In this document: piece after piece, positions 37,510 to 47,135 of the stretch
Numbering within the stretch: position 1 is the first letter of the stretch
How the letters are laid out: each line of letters starts with the position of its first letter
Assembly: GCA_963711465.1 (NCBI GenBank)
Contig: CAVQEG010000001.1
Location: forward strand, 2,462,332-2,526,331
Direction: 5' to 3'
DNA length: 64,000 nt
Source: Chlorobiota bacterium
Lineage (GTDB): Bacteria > Bacteroidota > Ignavibacteria > OLB7
Translations under genes and position numbers: made by a program
The notes under the pieces: generated by a model
Databases searched by the model: none
What the model saw: only the letters and a program-made list of their open reading frames with translations
What the model was told of the DNA's origin: nothing

Positions 37510-40011
37510 ATGGACAAGCGCATGAAGTACCTCGTCATCGGCGCGCTGGCATCCGGTCTCACCGTTGCCGGTGCGGTTTCGGGCGGCCTGGTGGCTCTGC
37601 CGGGCGCAGCGGCCGTCAATGGCATCGTTGCGAACGGACTCGAGGCGCCGGCACCGGAATTCACTCGATACGCCGAATTCAAACAGATCGACGCGCCGGT
37701 CGCCACCGACTTCGGAACCTATTCGCCCTATCCTGTCCCCCGCTATCAGCCCATGGTCGGACTCGACGAGCCGACCGTCAGCGCAGGCTTCGGCAACGTT
37801 GCCACCGGTGGTGCGGCATTGCAGTGGTCCACGTTCTTCAGTCAGCGGGAGCTGGCGATGCTGCGGGACAACAGCTTCGTCGCGCGCCCCGAGCCGATCG
37901 GTACGTTCGCCCAGGCGTATGTGCTCGATCGGACCGGACTGCCGCCGTTCGTCACGACCGATGCAGTGATGCACGGACTGCGGATCACGCTGGACGAGGC
38001 ATATCGGGAATACGAACACGACCAGATGGTCCCGATGCTGCAGTCGTTGCTGGGTGAGGTGGCGAAGAACATCGAGTCGCAGCTGGACGCAGGTCCGAGG
38101 GCCTCTGTGGCTACCGATCTGTCCCGTGCACTCGCGTACGTGCAGACGGCGCAGACACTCCTCGATCCCTCCAGGGAGATCGATCCGCGAGTCCGAAAGG
38201 CGGTCTCGATCGAGATCGACCGCATCACATCGGGCGCCGGCGTGCAGTCGAGCGTGATCCTTCCGACGCAACGCGTCGACTACGCGGCATTCGTTCCCAC
38301 GGGACATTACACGCTCGACGATACGTTCCGTCGGCTCTACCAGGCGCGTACCTGGCTGCAACGGGTCGGCTTTGCGCTTCGTTCCAACGGCGCCGTCGAC
38401 GTCTCGACCGCCCGCTCGGCAATGCTGCTCGCGCGAACCATGGACGTACTCGCCGAGGACCCGGACTTCGCCGACACCTATCGAGGCATCATTGCGCCGA
38501 TGGGGTTCTTCGAAGGAGTCGCCCGCACCGACATGAGCTGGGACATGCTCGGTGGCGCGGAGCGCAGTTACCTCGGCACGTTCGAATTCTCGAACACCTC
38601 CAGTTTCGCCGACGACGCCACGATCCGGGAATTCGTCCCGTATCTCGAGAACGATCTTCCGTCGGAGGTGGTCGCCGCCGGCTCCACGTTCCGTCTGCTC
38701 GGACGGACATACGATCCCGGCGAATGGCTCGACGATCAGATCCGCGCAAGCGCCGCGAGCGGGTCGCAGCTCCAGGGCGTTCGCCTCATGGCAGCCATGG
38801 GCAGTCAGACCGCTTCGCGAATCGTGAATGAGAAGTCGGACGCGTCGACCACGCTTGCCTCACGCCCGGTGGAGGAACGCGTCCAGAGTCTTGGCGCGGC
38901 AACGCTCTACACGCTCGAGCCGCTGCTGGAGACGCCGACCGGCGCGGACACCTATTCCGCCGGCTATCCCCGGTTCATGCGCTCGGCTGCGTGGCGCCAG
39001 CGGGAGCTCGTCTCGGCACTTGGCGCGTGGGCAGACTACCGTGATCCCATGCAGTCGATTCCCATGTCCGCAACCAACGCGGCGGCGGGTACCGCCGGTC
39101 CGGTCGGGGCCGGATACGTCGAACCGAACCCGGAGGCGTGGGGGCGCATCGCCGCGCTGGCCGGCTACGTGCGCAGCGGCTTCGAATCTGATCGTTTCGG
39201 CGCCTCGATCAGCCGCGATCTGCTCGACAAACTGAAGGATGTGGAGAATTCCGCCGCACGTCTGATGCGCATTGCGGCAGCGGAACTCGAGTCGACACCG
39301 CTCACGGCGGATCAGTCGGAATTCGTCGCAACCATGCCCCAGCGGATCGCTGCCTACGCGACGTTCGCCCATGCCGATCTGAAGGGCGACGGTACGCCGG
39401 CAGTCGTCGACGCCTCGACGGCCGGACCCGCCACCGGTCTGCCGATGGCGATCTACGCCATCGTGCCCCGCAACGATGCCAGTGGTGGACTCATGCTCGT
39501 GCGGGGGGCGATCTACTCGTACTACGAGACTGATGCCGCCGCGCCGAACTGGGTGCAGACGCTCACGTCGGGATCGTCCGGCATCGCACCGGACCGCCGC
39601 CTCATCGGATCGTTCGTCGCCGCGACCGATGGGTTCTCCCAACCCGCATCGCAGCTCCGATCGGTTGCTGCCTCGCTGCCGTCGGTCGCGAACTACCATC
39701 TGACCGAGCGCGAGCGCAAGCAGATCCTTCCGACGGTCGGGCTGTCGCTCGAGTCGAACGTCGCCCGCCGCTCCAGCGGAGAGCTCTGGTTCACCGTCAG
39801 CGCTCCGAACCTCAGCGGCGCCATGGTGGTGATCAACGTCGTCAACAGTGCCGGGCAGACCGTCTATCAGAGCCAGCCGGAGGAACTCGTCAACGGGCAG
39901 CGGCAGGACCTCGTCCAGGTGCACGAATACACGCCGGGACAGTACTTCATCCGCATCTCCGACCTCAGCGACCGGACGCTCGCCTCCGGACGGTTCGTGG
40001 TCGTGCAGTGA
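37510..40011 (+). CDS. Secreted protein with T9SS (Por) C-terminal sorting domain, unknown function
   Basis: The signal peptide is MKYLVIGALASGLTVAGAVSG. The C-terminal approximately 75 aa are VVINVVNSAGQTVYQSQPEELVNGQRQDLVQVHEYTPGQYFIRISDLSDRTLASGRFVVVQ, which fits the T9SS CTD pattern. The length is 833 aa. Confidence 0.7.
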   Translation: MDKRMKYLVIGALASGLTVAGAVSGGLVALPGAAAVNGIVANGLEAPAPEFTRYAEFKQIDAPVATDFGTYSPYPVPRYQPMVGLDEPTVSAGFGNVATGGAALQWSTFFSQRELAMLRDNSFVARPEPIGTFAQAYVLDRTGLPPFVTTDAVMHGLRITLDEAYREYEHDQMVPMLQSLLGEVAKNIESQLDAGPRASVATDLSRALAYVQTAQTLLDPSREIDPRVRKAVSIEIDRITSGAGVQSSVILPTQRVDYAAFVPTGHYTLDDTFRRLYQARTWLQRVGFALRSNGAVDVSTARSAMLLARTMDVLAEDPDFADTYRGIIAPMGFFEGVARTDMSWDMLGGAERSYLGTFEFSNTSSFADDATIREFVPYLENDLPSEVVAAGSTFRLLGRTYDPGEWLDDQIRASAASGSQLQGVRLMAAMGSQTASRIVNEKSDASTTLASRPVEERVQSLGAATLYTLEPLLETPTGADTYSAGYPRFMRSAAWRQRELVSALGAWADYRDPMQSIPMSATNAAAGTAGPVGAGYVEPNPEAWGRIAALAGYVRSGFESDRFGASISRDLLDKLKDVENSAARLMRIAAAELESTPLTADQSEFVATMPQRIAAYATFAHADLKGDGTPAVVDASTAGPATGLPMAIYAIVPRNDASGGLMLVRGAIYSYYETDAAAPNWVQTLTSGSSGIAPDRRLIGSFVAATDGFSQPASQLRSVAASLPSVANYHLTERERKQILPTVGLSLESNVARRSSGELWFTVSAPNLSGAMVVINVVNSAGQTVYQSQPEELVNGQRQDLVQVHEYTPGQYFIRISDLSDRTLASGRFVVVQ

Positions 40012-40153
40012 CGACGCTCCGCAACCCCCGCGCTCCACGCTGAACGCACCCCGCCGGCACCGCACCCCCGAGATCGTCTCGAGCGTCCGGATGCCGGCGG
40101 GGTGTTACTTTGATCCTCCCATGGTGTCATCCTTCGTCGAACGGCAGGAGACA

Positions 40154-40188
40154 CCGAACCAGCCATCGTTCACCGAATGCTCCGTCTA
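40154..40188 (+). promoter_or_regulatory. Putative ECF-type promoter (CCGAACCAGCC ... CCGTCTAC)
   Basis: It has the same 11-mer as at 34974. CCGTCTAC lies about 20 nt downstream and resembles ECF -10 (CGTC) elements. It overlaps the first codons of the ORF-track start (ATG 40177). Confidence 0.45.
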
Positions 40189-40209
40189 CGACGTACCGAT
40201 ACCCGCGCA

Positions 40210-40797
40210 GTGCTCCATACGCTGCGCGACGACGAGTTGTTCTCCCGATTCCTCGCTGGCGACGACGAAGCCTACGATGTACTCTACGAGCGTTACGGCG
40301 CACGCGTCCTCAACTACATCCGCTCGCTGCTTCGCGAGGAAGCCCCCGCTGCCGATGACGTGTTCCAGGAGACGTTCCTTCGCCTGTTCCGCGAACGCGC
40401 ACGGTGTCGCGACGGACGCTCCCGGCCGGTGAAGAACGCCGGCGGCTGGCTCTTCCGCGTCGCACGTAATCTGACGCTCAACCACCTTCGCTCCGCGAGC
40501 TATCTCTCGAACATGGAACCCGGCGAGGAGCTGCTCGCCGTTCCGATCGAAGAGTCCTACGGACCGCTCTTTGGCGATGCCATCGATGAGGACCGTCTGA
40601 TCGAGGAGGTGCATCGTATCGTCGCGACGCTACCGGAGGCCCTGCGGGAAGTGTTCGTGCTGCGCGAAGTCAACGGAATGAGCTATCAGGAAACCGCGGC
40701 GATCGTCGGCTGCAGCGAGGAGGCCGCGCGCATGCGTCTGAGTCGCGCCCGAAGCGCGATCCGCCGCGCGCTGCGCCCCCTGTTCGTCGACGAGTGA
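40210..40797 (+). CDS. ECF RNA polymerase sigma factor (paralog of 35072..35638)
   Basis: FSRFLAGDDEAYDVLYERYGARVLNYIRSLL...DDVFQETFLRLFRER...GWLFRVARNLTLNHLRS...LPEALREVFVLREVNGMSYQETAAIVGCSEEAARMRLSRARSAIRRAL. The ORF track starts at ATG 40177. The start here is tentatively GTG 40210 because the promoter motif overlaps the earlier start. Confidence 0.7.
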   Translation: MLHTLRDDELFSRFLAGDDEAYDVLYERYGARVLNYIRSLLREEAPAADDVFQETFLRLFRERARCRDGRSRPVKNAGGWLFRVARNLTLNHLRSASYLSNMEPGEELLAVPIEESYGPLFGDAIDEDRLIEEVHRIVATLPEALREVFVLREVNGMSYQETAAIVGCSEEAARMRLSRARSAIRRALRPLFVDE

Positions 40798-40873
40798 CGC
40801 CGTTCGTAACGTCCAATTTCCACGGTCACCGTTCTCACGCGTTGCGCTTCGGTGCCTCGCGGGTCCTAACAGC

Positions 40874-42238
40874 GTGTCACACCTCGAGTCGCTCATATCT
40901 CGATACCTCGACGGCGAGCTCGCAACGCCTGAACTCGACGAGCTCCTGCGATTGCTCGATCGCTCGGCCGACGCGCGCGCGCGCTTCGACGCGATGGCGG
41001 CACTCGTGCGCGCCGCGCGGTCGACGCCCGCCGAAGACCGCCCGACGCCGGCGATGGACTCGCGGCTGTTCGATCGCCTTCGCCTCGAGGGCTATCGCAG
41101 TCCGCGAATCGCCGGCACCGGCCGTATCGAATCTCGTGGCCCCGTCGCCTCCCCGCTCGTGCGTCGATCGTTCACCACTGTCCTCCTGCTGCTGCTGTCC
41201 CTGGCCATCGGCGATCGATTCCACGATGCCACCGTCGCCACCATGCCGCACGCCGTCGCTTCGCTCGATCCTCCCTCGATCCCCCCGATTTCCGCTCCGC
41301 TCCCGTCGCCGCACGCCAGTTCCGATTCGCCGGTCCGACTGAATTCCATCCGGTCGAATCCTGGCCTCCGGAATACAGGTCGGGTGAATTCAAACGGCTT
41401 GAATTCAAATCGTCTGAATTCAAACCGGTCGCGTTCGGACGACGGCGCTGCGCTGCCCGCCCGGCTGGCGACCGCGGAGGAACCGAATGCCACCGATTCC
41501 CACGAGTATTCCGCCACTGCGCCCGACGCGCCATCGCGCCGACCGGACGGTGGTGCGAAGCACCTCAACGGCAGACGATCGGCATCCGATGAGTCGATCG
41601 ATCGGTCCGATGCGGACGCACTCGCGGCCAACTCGGCCATCGCCTCCACCGCTCACGGCATCGTGATCGGACTGCGCCCTTCCGCCGGCATTGCACTGCT
41701 CAACGAGGGTAACACGGCCAACGAATTCGCCGTTCGCATCGATGTGGAGGTGGCCGAGCATCACCGCTTCTTCGCCTTCGCCGGTTCCTCTCCCGTCATC
41801 ACTCAGTTTTCGCCCGGTCCATCGATGTCCTCGGCAGCCGTGCAGTCCGGTTCGTCGAATGCTCAGCCGCGTCAGAACCTGCCTTCAGGTGCGGGTGAGA
41901 GTCTGGCCATCGCCTCCGAGGCGTGGGCGGGCGTCGGTTACGAATACACCTACGCCCGGACCGGCCCGCTCGAGTTCGCCCTGGGCGGCAGTGCCGGCGC
42001 CGGTTCACGCACCTGGCGCGCCGGCATCGAAGCTCCCGTCAGCTTCCGAATCACTCCGTCGGTCTCCGTCGAATGTGTTCCGTCGATCACCCGTGTGATA
42101 CCGCATGACCAGTCGCGTGTGCTCAGAACGCGCCAGGGCGACTACCGGACGATGTATCTGGAGTGGGCCGAGCACCCCGCGTTCACGACCGCCGGCGTCC
42201 AGCTGGGAGTCAGCGTCTCGTTCGGGGAGAATCGGTAG
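40874..42238 (+). CDS. Putative anti-sigma factor (paralog of 35680..37359)
   Basis: The N-terminus MSHLESLISRYLDGELATPELDELLRLLDRSADARARFDAMAALVRAA is similar to the first anti-sigma. The TM helix is FTTVLLLLLSLAIG. The C-terminal beta-rich region resembles that of 35680..37359. Confidence 0.6.
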   Translation: MSHLESLISRYLDGELATPELDELLRLLDRSADARARFDAMAALVRAARSTPAEDRPTPAMDSRLFDRLRLEGYRSPRIAGTGRIESRGPVASPLVRRSFTTVLLLLLSLAIGDRFHDATVATMPHAVASLDPPSIPPISAPLPSPHASSDSPVRLNSIRSNPGLRNTGRVNSNGLNSNRLNSNRSRSDDGAALPARLATAEEPNATDSHEYSATAPDAPSRRPDGGAKHLNGRRSASDESIDRSDADALAANSAIASTAHGIVIGLRPSAGIALLNEGNTANEFAVRIDVEVAEHHRFFAFAGSSPVITQFSPGPSMSSAAVQSGSSNAQPRQNLPSGAGESLAIASEAWAGVGYEYTYARTGPLEFALGGSAGAGSRTWRAGIEAPVSFRITPSVSVECVPSITRVIPHDQSRVLRTRQGDYRTMYLEWAEHPAFTTAGVQLGVSVSFGENR

Positions 42239-42296
42239 CTCGGGGACCATCCGCCGTCGCATGCATTTCAACCGTCGAATCTCATCGGAGTCGTCC

Positions 42297-43298
42297 ATGA
42301 CCGAACCGCGTTCCATGCTGCACAGCTGCGTCCGATCCATCTGTCTGCTCGCACTTTTTGCCGCCTGCATCACCGGCCTGAGTCATCGCGCCGTGGCGCA
42401 GCTCCAGACCACGCCGTTCCTGGCGAAGGACGGTCTGTCGAGCGCGACCTCCGCTGCACGTGATTCACTCGGCGACGACGCGACGCTGATGTACATCGGC
42501 ACCTTCGGCGACTACGAAATCGACCTCGGAAGCTTCACGCTCCACACCGTGTTCGACCTCACCAACGGGAAGGCCAACACGTGGGGATACGTGTTCTACT
42601 CGAAGTCGCAGGATCGGACACTCGTCTTTGCGGTGGTCAAGCTCGTCGCCTTCTACCAGGCGTTCGGTCTCGGAGCGCTGCCGTTTCCGGCACGTCTGTC
42701 GGACACGGCGCTGACGCTGTCGGGGACCTACGGCAACAGCGACGCGTTCGTCAACCGGCTGATGGAGGATTCGATCTACAACTCGTTCCGTATCGAATAC
42801 CCCGATGCGACTCCCGACCTCGTGAGTCTCGGGCAGCTGGTGCCCGGCGACTCGCTGCCGATTCCACCCGCGTTCCCCCTCGATGAGCCGACGTGGTCGG
42901 TGTCGTTCCTCGGAGGTGGTGATTCATCGCTCACCTGTTTCGTAACCACCGCAACGGGTGAGACGCTCTGTCGCCAGGGCATCGCCGTCTCCGGCGTCGA
43001 TGCACCGACCGTCCGACAGCGCTCCGCTGGCGCCATCACGCTTACACCCAATCCCGCCTCCGGATACGTCCGCGTGCAGCTGGACACGCCGGTCGGCATG
43101 GCGCTCGACGGCGCGACGCACATGGCCATCTATGACGAAGCCGGACGCGAGGTACTCGACCTCACCGACCGGCTCATCGATGGCGGTGGCCACAGCGCCG
43201 TCATCGACGCACGGGGGCTGCCCGCGGGGACCTACTACGTTCGCGCCCGGGGTACCGACTTCTCGGCGGTCGCGGGACTGATCGTTTCCGGGCGCTGA
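42297..43298 (+). CDS. Secreted protein with T9SS C-terminal sorting domain, unknown function
   Basis: Trimmed to ATG 42297 (MTEPRSMLHSCVRSICLLALFAACITGLSHRAVAQ, a signal peptide). The CTD is TLTPNPASGYVRVQLDTPVGMALDGATHMAIYDEAGREVLDLTD...GLPAGTYYVRARGTDFSAVAGLIVSGR. Confidence 0.7.
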   Translation: MTEPRSMLHSCVRSICLLALFAACITGLSHRAVAQLQTTPFLAKDGLSSATSAARDSLGDDATLMYIGTFGDYEIDLGSFTLHTVFDLTNGKANTWGYVFYSKSQDRTLVFAVVKLVAFYQAFGLGALPFPARLSDTALTLSGTYGNSDAFVNRLMEDSIYNSFRIEYPDATPDLVSLGQLVPGDSLPIPPAFPLDEPTWSVSFLGGGDSSLTCFVTTATGETLCRQGIAVSGVDAPTVRQRSAGAITLTPNPASGYVRVQLDTPVGMALDGATHMAIYDEAGREVLDLTDRLIDGGGHSAVIDARGLPAGTYYVRARGTDFSAVAGLIVSGR

Positions 43299-43308
43299 AG
43301 CCGCCGGC

Positions 43309-45144
43309 TCACGGCTCGAGCCAGATCCTGCGGTTTCGCTTCTGCGCCTCGGTCTGTCGAGGGAGCTCCACGAGCGACAGCGGTCGCATATCGCGTTCGA
43401 TGCTGCGGACGCGGATGGTCATCAGTCGGGAACCCCGGAAGATCGTCAGCTCCAGCGGCGACCCGGGCGACTTCATGCTCATCACCGTCTTCCAGTTGCG
43501 CTTGTCGAGCCGCTCACCGTCGACCGCGATCACGACGTCGCCGGCGCTCAGTCCGGCTTCGGCCGCGGGCGAGCCCTCGATCACGTTGTAGAGCGTGACG
43601 AACTCGCCGGGGAATTTCGGCTTCATGTCGTGGACCATGATGCCGGTGAAGAGCAACTGCTGATTCTCCTCCTCACTGGAGCGCTTCGCCGCATCCCCGC
43701 GCCGCAGCTCGAGTCCCACGTACCGCAGATACCGGCGAGCGTCGATATCCTCGGTACTCTCGATCGCACGACGCAGGAAGGCCCGCAGCGAACGACCGGC
43801 GACCGCGGCGACGGCATCGTAGACGTCCTGCTCGGTGTAACCGCTTCCGGGCAGATAGTATGCGTCGTGATCGGCCTCGAGGTAGGTCGTGCGGTAGAGC
43901 TCGCGTATCACGTCATCGAGCGACCGTGCGTTCTTCGTGATCCGCCGCAGCTCCATGTCGAGCAGGCAGGCGACGACCGCCCCCTTGTTGTAGTAGTTGA
44001 CGTACGTGTTGCGGATGTTGCTCGCGGTTCCAAGGGGACTTCGCGAGCCGCCCGCGATCCACGTGTCGAAACTCGCCTCCCGCAGCGTGCGATGGTGACG
44101 CCCCGGCGAGCGATCAACGGTGGTGAACTCCCCGGCCAGCCGTTTGAAGAACGTCCGGTCGTTCCAGACTCCCGCGCGGCGGACCATCAGATGGCCGTAG
44201 TACTGCGTGAATCCCTCGGCGAACCAGAGCAGCGTCGTATGTCGCTCGCGTGAATAGTCGAAGGGACCGAGCTCCGCCGGCCGCAGCCGCTTGACGTTCC
44301 AGATATGGAAGAATTCGTGCGAGGTGACGTCCAGCAGTCCGTCGTAGACGTCATCATCGGTGATGTAGCCGTTGATCACCAGCCGCGTCGAGGCCAGATG
44401 CTCCATGCCGTCGCCCGACTCGGCATACGGATCGATGTTGACCAGGAAATAGTAGTCACGGAATTCGGGATCGCCGAACGTGTCGACATAGGCACGCACG
44501 ATCTTCTCCGCATCGCTCACGTACCGGTCGATCCGCTCGCGCATTACCGCCGTGCGCACGACAGATGAGCTGGCGGCGATGTCGAGCACGAGGTGGTACT
44601 TCGCATTGCGATACGAGAACGTGCGAACGGTCGGGCGCCCGATCTCCAGCGGCGAATCGATCAGCACGTCGTAATTCTCCGCCGACCAGACCTGTCGTCC
44701 GTCACGCCGACGCTTCTTCAACGACGTGTGGACGCGCCAGTCGTCCGGAGCGTCGATCGTGAGCTCGACCGGCTCGTGCACGCGACCGACGAGGTAGGCG
44801 AACACCGAGGGACCGTTGACCGCGGCATGGCGATCGTCCAGCTGCGAGAACGTGCCGCTGAGCGTGTTGCCGAACATCCGGTAGCGTACGGTGATGCGCT
44901 CGGCGCCATCGGTGCTCACGCGCCATCGCCCCTTGGCGATCTTGTCGACCGCGAGCGGCCGCCCCTGCTCGTCGCTGGCGCCGAGCTCCTGGAGGTTGCG
45001 GGCGAAGTCGTAGATATAGTACCGGCCCGGCGACCATGCCGGCATCTCCAGGTCCACGTGCGTGGCGCCGTCGACAGGTGCGGTGATCTCAATGGAAAAC
45101 AGGTGGGCGGCGGGATCGCCGAGCGACAACGTGTAGGTGATCAT
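43309..45144 (-). CDS. M61-family glycyl aminopeptidase with C-terminal PDZ domain
   Basis: The HEXXH zinc motif is HEFFHIWNVKRLRP. The M61 N-terminal beta domain is present. The C-terminal PDZ-like segment is GSPAAEAGLSAGDVVIAVDGERL. Trimmed to ATG 45144 (MITYTLSLGD...). Confidence 0.75.
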   Translation of the reverse strand: MITYTLSLGDPAAHLFSIEITAPVDGATHVDLEMPAWSPGRYYIYDFARNLQELGASDEQGRPLAVDKIAKGRWRVSTDGAERITVRYRMFGNTLSGTFSQLDDRHAAVNGPSVFAYLVGRVHEPVELTIDAPDDWRVHTSLKKRRRDGRQVWSAENYDVLIDSPLEIGRPTVRTFSYRNAKYHLVLDIAASSSVVRTAVMRERIDRYVSDAEKIVRAYVDTFGDPEFRDYYFLVNIDPYAESGDGMEHLASTRLVINGYITDDDVYDGLLDVTSHEFFHIWNVKRLRPAELGPFDYSRERHTTLLWFAEGFTQYYGHLMVRRAGVWNDRTFFKRLAGEFTTVDRSPGRHHRTLREASFDTWIAGGSRSPLGTASNIRNTYVNYYNKGAVVACLLDMELRRITKNARSLDDVIRELYRTTYLEADHDAYYLPGSGYTEQDVYDAVAAVAGRSLRAFLRRAIESTEDIDARRYLRYVGLELRRGDAAKRSSEEENQQLLFTGIMVHDMKPKFPGEFVTLYNVIEGSPAAEAGLSAGDVVIAVDGERLDKRNWKTVMSMKSPGSPLELTIFRGSRLMTIRVRSIERDMRPLSLVELPRQTEAQKRNRRIWLEP

Positions 45145-45222
45145 CGACACGTGGGGTTGGACAGGCGTACGGTTGAATTTTTCGGCGACAAGTATAGGCA
45201 CATTTTTCCCGTCCCCCACAGC

Positions 45223-46281
45223 ATGGCACTACGAGGAACCCGGCTCGACACCGGCAATCGATTCGTGACGACGTCGAAGGAATCGTTCGACGACGGGTGG
45301 AATTCGTTCGAGGACGCACCCGACCCCCGCACCGAATTCATCGACGACGCATCCCGCTCGGCGTTCGCCACGAACACGAGCCCCGACATTCCGTTCAGCC
45401 ATTCGATCAATCCGTACCGCGGCTGCGAGCACGGCTGCGCCTACTGCTACGCGCGGCCGACGCATGAGTACCTCGGGTACAACGCGGGGATCGATTTCGA
45501 AACGAAGATCGTCGTCAAGCGCGACGCGGCGCGACTGGCACGCGAAGAGATGATGCGACGCCGCTGGAAGCCGACGGTCGTGTCCATCAGCGGCGTGACC
45601 GATCCGTACCAGCCGGCCGAACGGCGGTTCGGCATCACGCGCTCGGTGCTCGAGACGATGCTCGAGTTCCGCAACCCCGTCGGCATCGTCACCAAGAACG
45701 CGTTGGTACTGCGTGATCTCGATGTGCTCGGTGCGCTCGCGTCGTTCCACTGCGTGGCCGTGTTCGTTTCGATCACGACGCTCGATCGGGACCTGGCGCG
45801 ACGTCTGGAGCCCCGCACCTCGACGCCCGAGCGACGCCTCGACGCGGTGCGACGACTGACCGATGCCGGCGTTCCGGTCGGCGTGATGCTCGCGCCGATC
45901 ATCCCCGGTCTGAACGACGAGGAAATTCCGGCGATCCTCGAGGCCGTCGCCGATGCCGGTGCCGTCGAAGCATCCCACGTCATGCTTCGACTCCCGATGG
46001 CCGTGCGGCCCGTCTTCCTCGACTGGCTGCAACGCGAGCATCCGGCGCGCGTCGCAAAGGTGCGGCACGCGCTGGAGGACATGCGCGACGGAAAGCTCAA
46101 CCTCAGCCAGTTCGGCGATCGCTTCTCCGGCAGCGGACCCCGCGCCGAGCTGATCAAGAACCTGTTCCGGCTGAGTGCCGAGCGTGCGGGACTCAACCGG
46201 GAGCGAATTCAACTGACGACCGAGCACTTCCGTCGTCCGGCCGCCGGCGGACAGATCGAACTGTTCGACGCCGAACGGTGA
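45223..46281 (+). CDS. Radical SAM protein, SplB/PA0069-like (DNA-repair photolyase-like family)
   Basis: INPYRGCEHGCAYCYARPTHEY is a CxxxCxxC-type radical SAM cluster motif. Trimmed from ORF 44593 to ATG 45223 (MALRGTRLDTG...). It is divergent from the M61 gene with a 78-bp spacer. Confidence 0.75.
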   Translation: MALRGTRLDTGNRFVTTSKESFDDGWNSFEDAPDPRTEFIDDASRSAFATNTSPDIPFSHSINPYRGCEHGCAYCYARPTHEYLGYNAGIDFETKIVVKRDAARLAREEMMRRRWKPTVVSISGVTDPYQPAERRFGITRSVLETMLEFRNPVGIVTKNALVLRDLDVLGALASFHCVAVFVSITTLDRDLARRLEPRTSTPERRLDAVRRLTDAGVPVGVMLAPIIPGLNDEEIPAILEAVADAGAVEASHVMLRLPMAVRPVFLDWLQREHPARVAKVRHALEDMRDGKLNLSQFGDRFSGSGPRAELIKNLFRLSAERAGLNRERIQLTTEHFRRPAAGGQIELFDAER

Positions 46282-46325
46282 TGTCCACACCTCAATATTT
46301 TTCGCGCGATCGAGTCACTCTACCT

Positions 46326-47084
46326 ATGGCATTCTCCCGGTCCCTCCAACGCCCCATGCTTCGACATCGCACCCTCCTGCTGACGGCCATCGGCCTGCTC
46401 ATGGCCGCCTCCGGACTGCTGGCGCAGCCGAGCACCGGAGACGAGCCGGGTGCCGGATCGACCGGCAAGGCCGCTTCGCGCAGCGCATTCGTCCTCGCCC
46501 GACTGAAGTATGACGGCGGGGGTGACTGGTACAACGACCGGGGAGCCGATGCGAACATGCTCAAGTACCTCCGCGCCCACACCACCATCGACGTCCGCCC
46601 CGAGTTCGAATACGTCGATGTCTCGAGCGACGCGATCTTCGACTACCCGATGCTCTTTCTCACCGGGCATGGCAACGTGGTGTTCAGCGACGGCGACGTG
46701 AAGCGACTGCGCGCGTACCTGGAGAACGGCGGGTTCCTCTACATCGACGACGACTACGGACTCGACACCGCGATCCGGCGGGAGATGCACAAGGTCTTCC
46801 CCGACCAGGAGTTCGAGGAGCTGCCGTTCTCGCACGAGATCTACCACTGCTACTACACCTTTGATCACGGACTGCCGAAGATCCACGAGCATGACGGCAA
46901 GCCGCCGCGCGGCTACGGTCTCTTCGATCGAAAGCACGACAACCGGCTCTGTGTGTTCTACACGGTCGAGACCAATCCCTCCGACGGATGGGCCGATCCC
47001 GAGATCCACGGCGACCCGCCGGCGAAGCGCGAGGAGGCGTTCAAGATCGGGACGAACATCATCGTCTACGCGCTGACGAATTAG
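46326..47084 (+). CDS. DUF4159-like secreted protein
   Basis: A signal peptide is followed by LKYDGGGDWYNDRGADANMLKYL...PMLFLTGHGNVVFSDGDVKRLRAYLENGGFLYIDDDYG...KIGTNIIVYALT, the conserved DUF4159 pattern. The start is ATG 46326 or 46356. Confidence 0.65.
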   Translation: MAFSRSLQRPMLRHRTLLLTAIGLLMAASGLLAQPSTGDEPGAGSTGKAASRSAFVLARLKYDGGGDWYNDRGADANMLKYLRAHTTIDVRPEFEYVDVSSDAIFDYPMLFLTGHGNVVFSDGDVKRLRAYLENGGFLYIDDDYGLDTAIRREMHKVFPDQEFEELPFSHEIYHCYYTFDHGLPKIHEHDGKPPRGYGLFDRKHDNRLCVFYTVETNPSDGWADPEIHGDPPAKREEAFKIGTNIIVYALTN

Positions 47085-47135
47085 GGGCTCATCTGCGACG
47101 ATCGCGCCGTCCGGATTCGCCCGAGGGGCATCGCA

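Noticed and set aside
44593-46290. Extended radical-SAM ORF start (44593) and antisense 353-aa ORF 45229..46290
   Set aside because: The region upstream of ATG 45223 overlaps the M61 peptidase gene on the opposite strand and encodes nonsense. The radical SAM homology begins at MALRGTRLD. The antisense ORF is a shadow.
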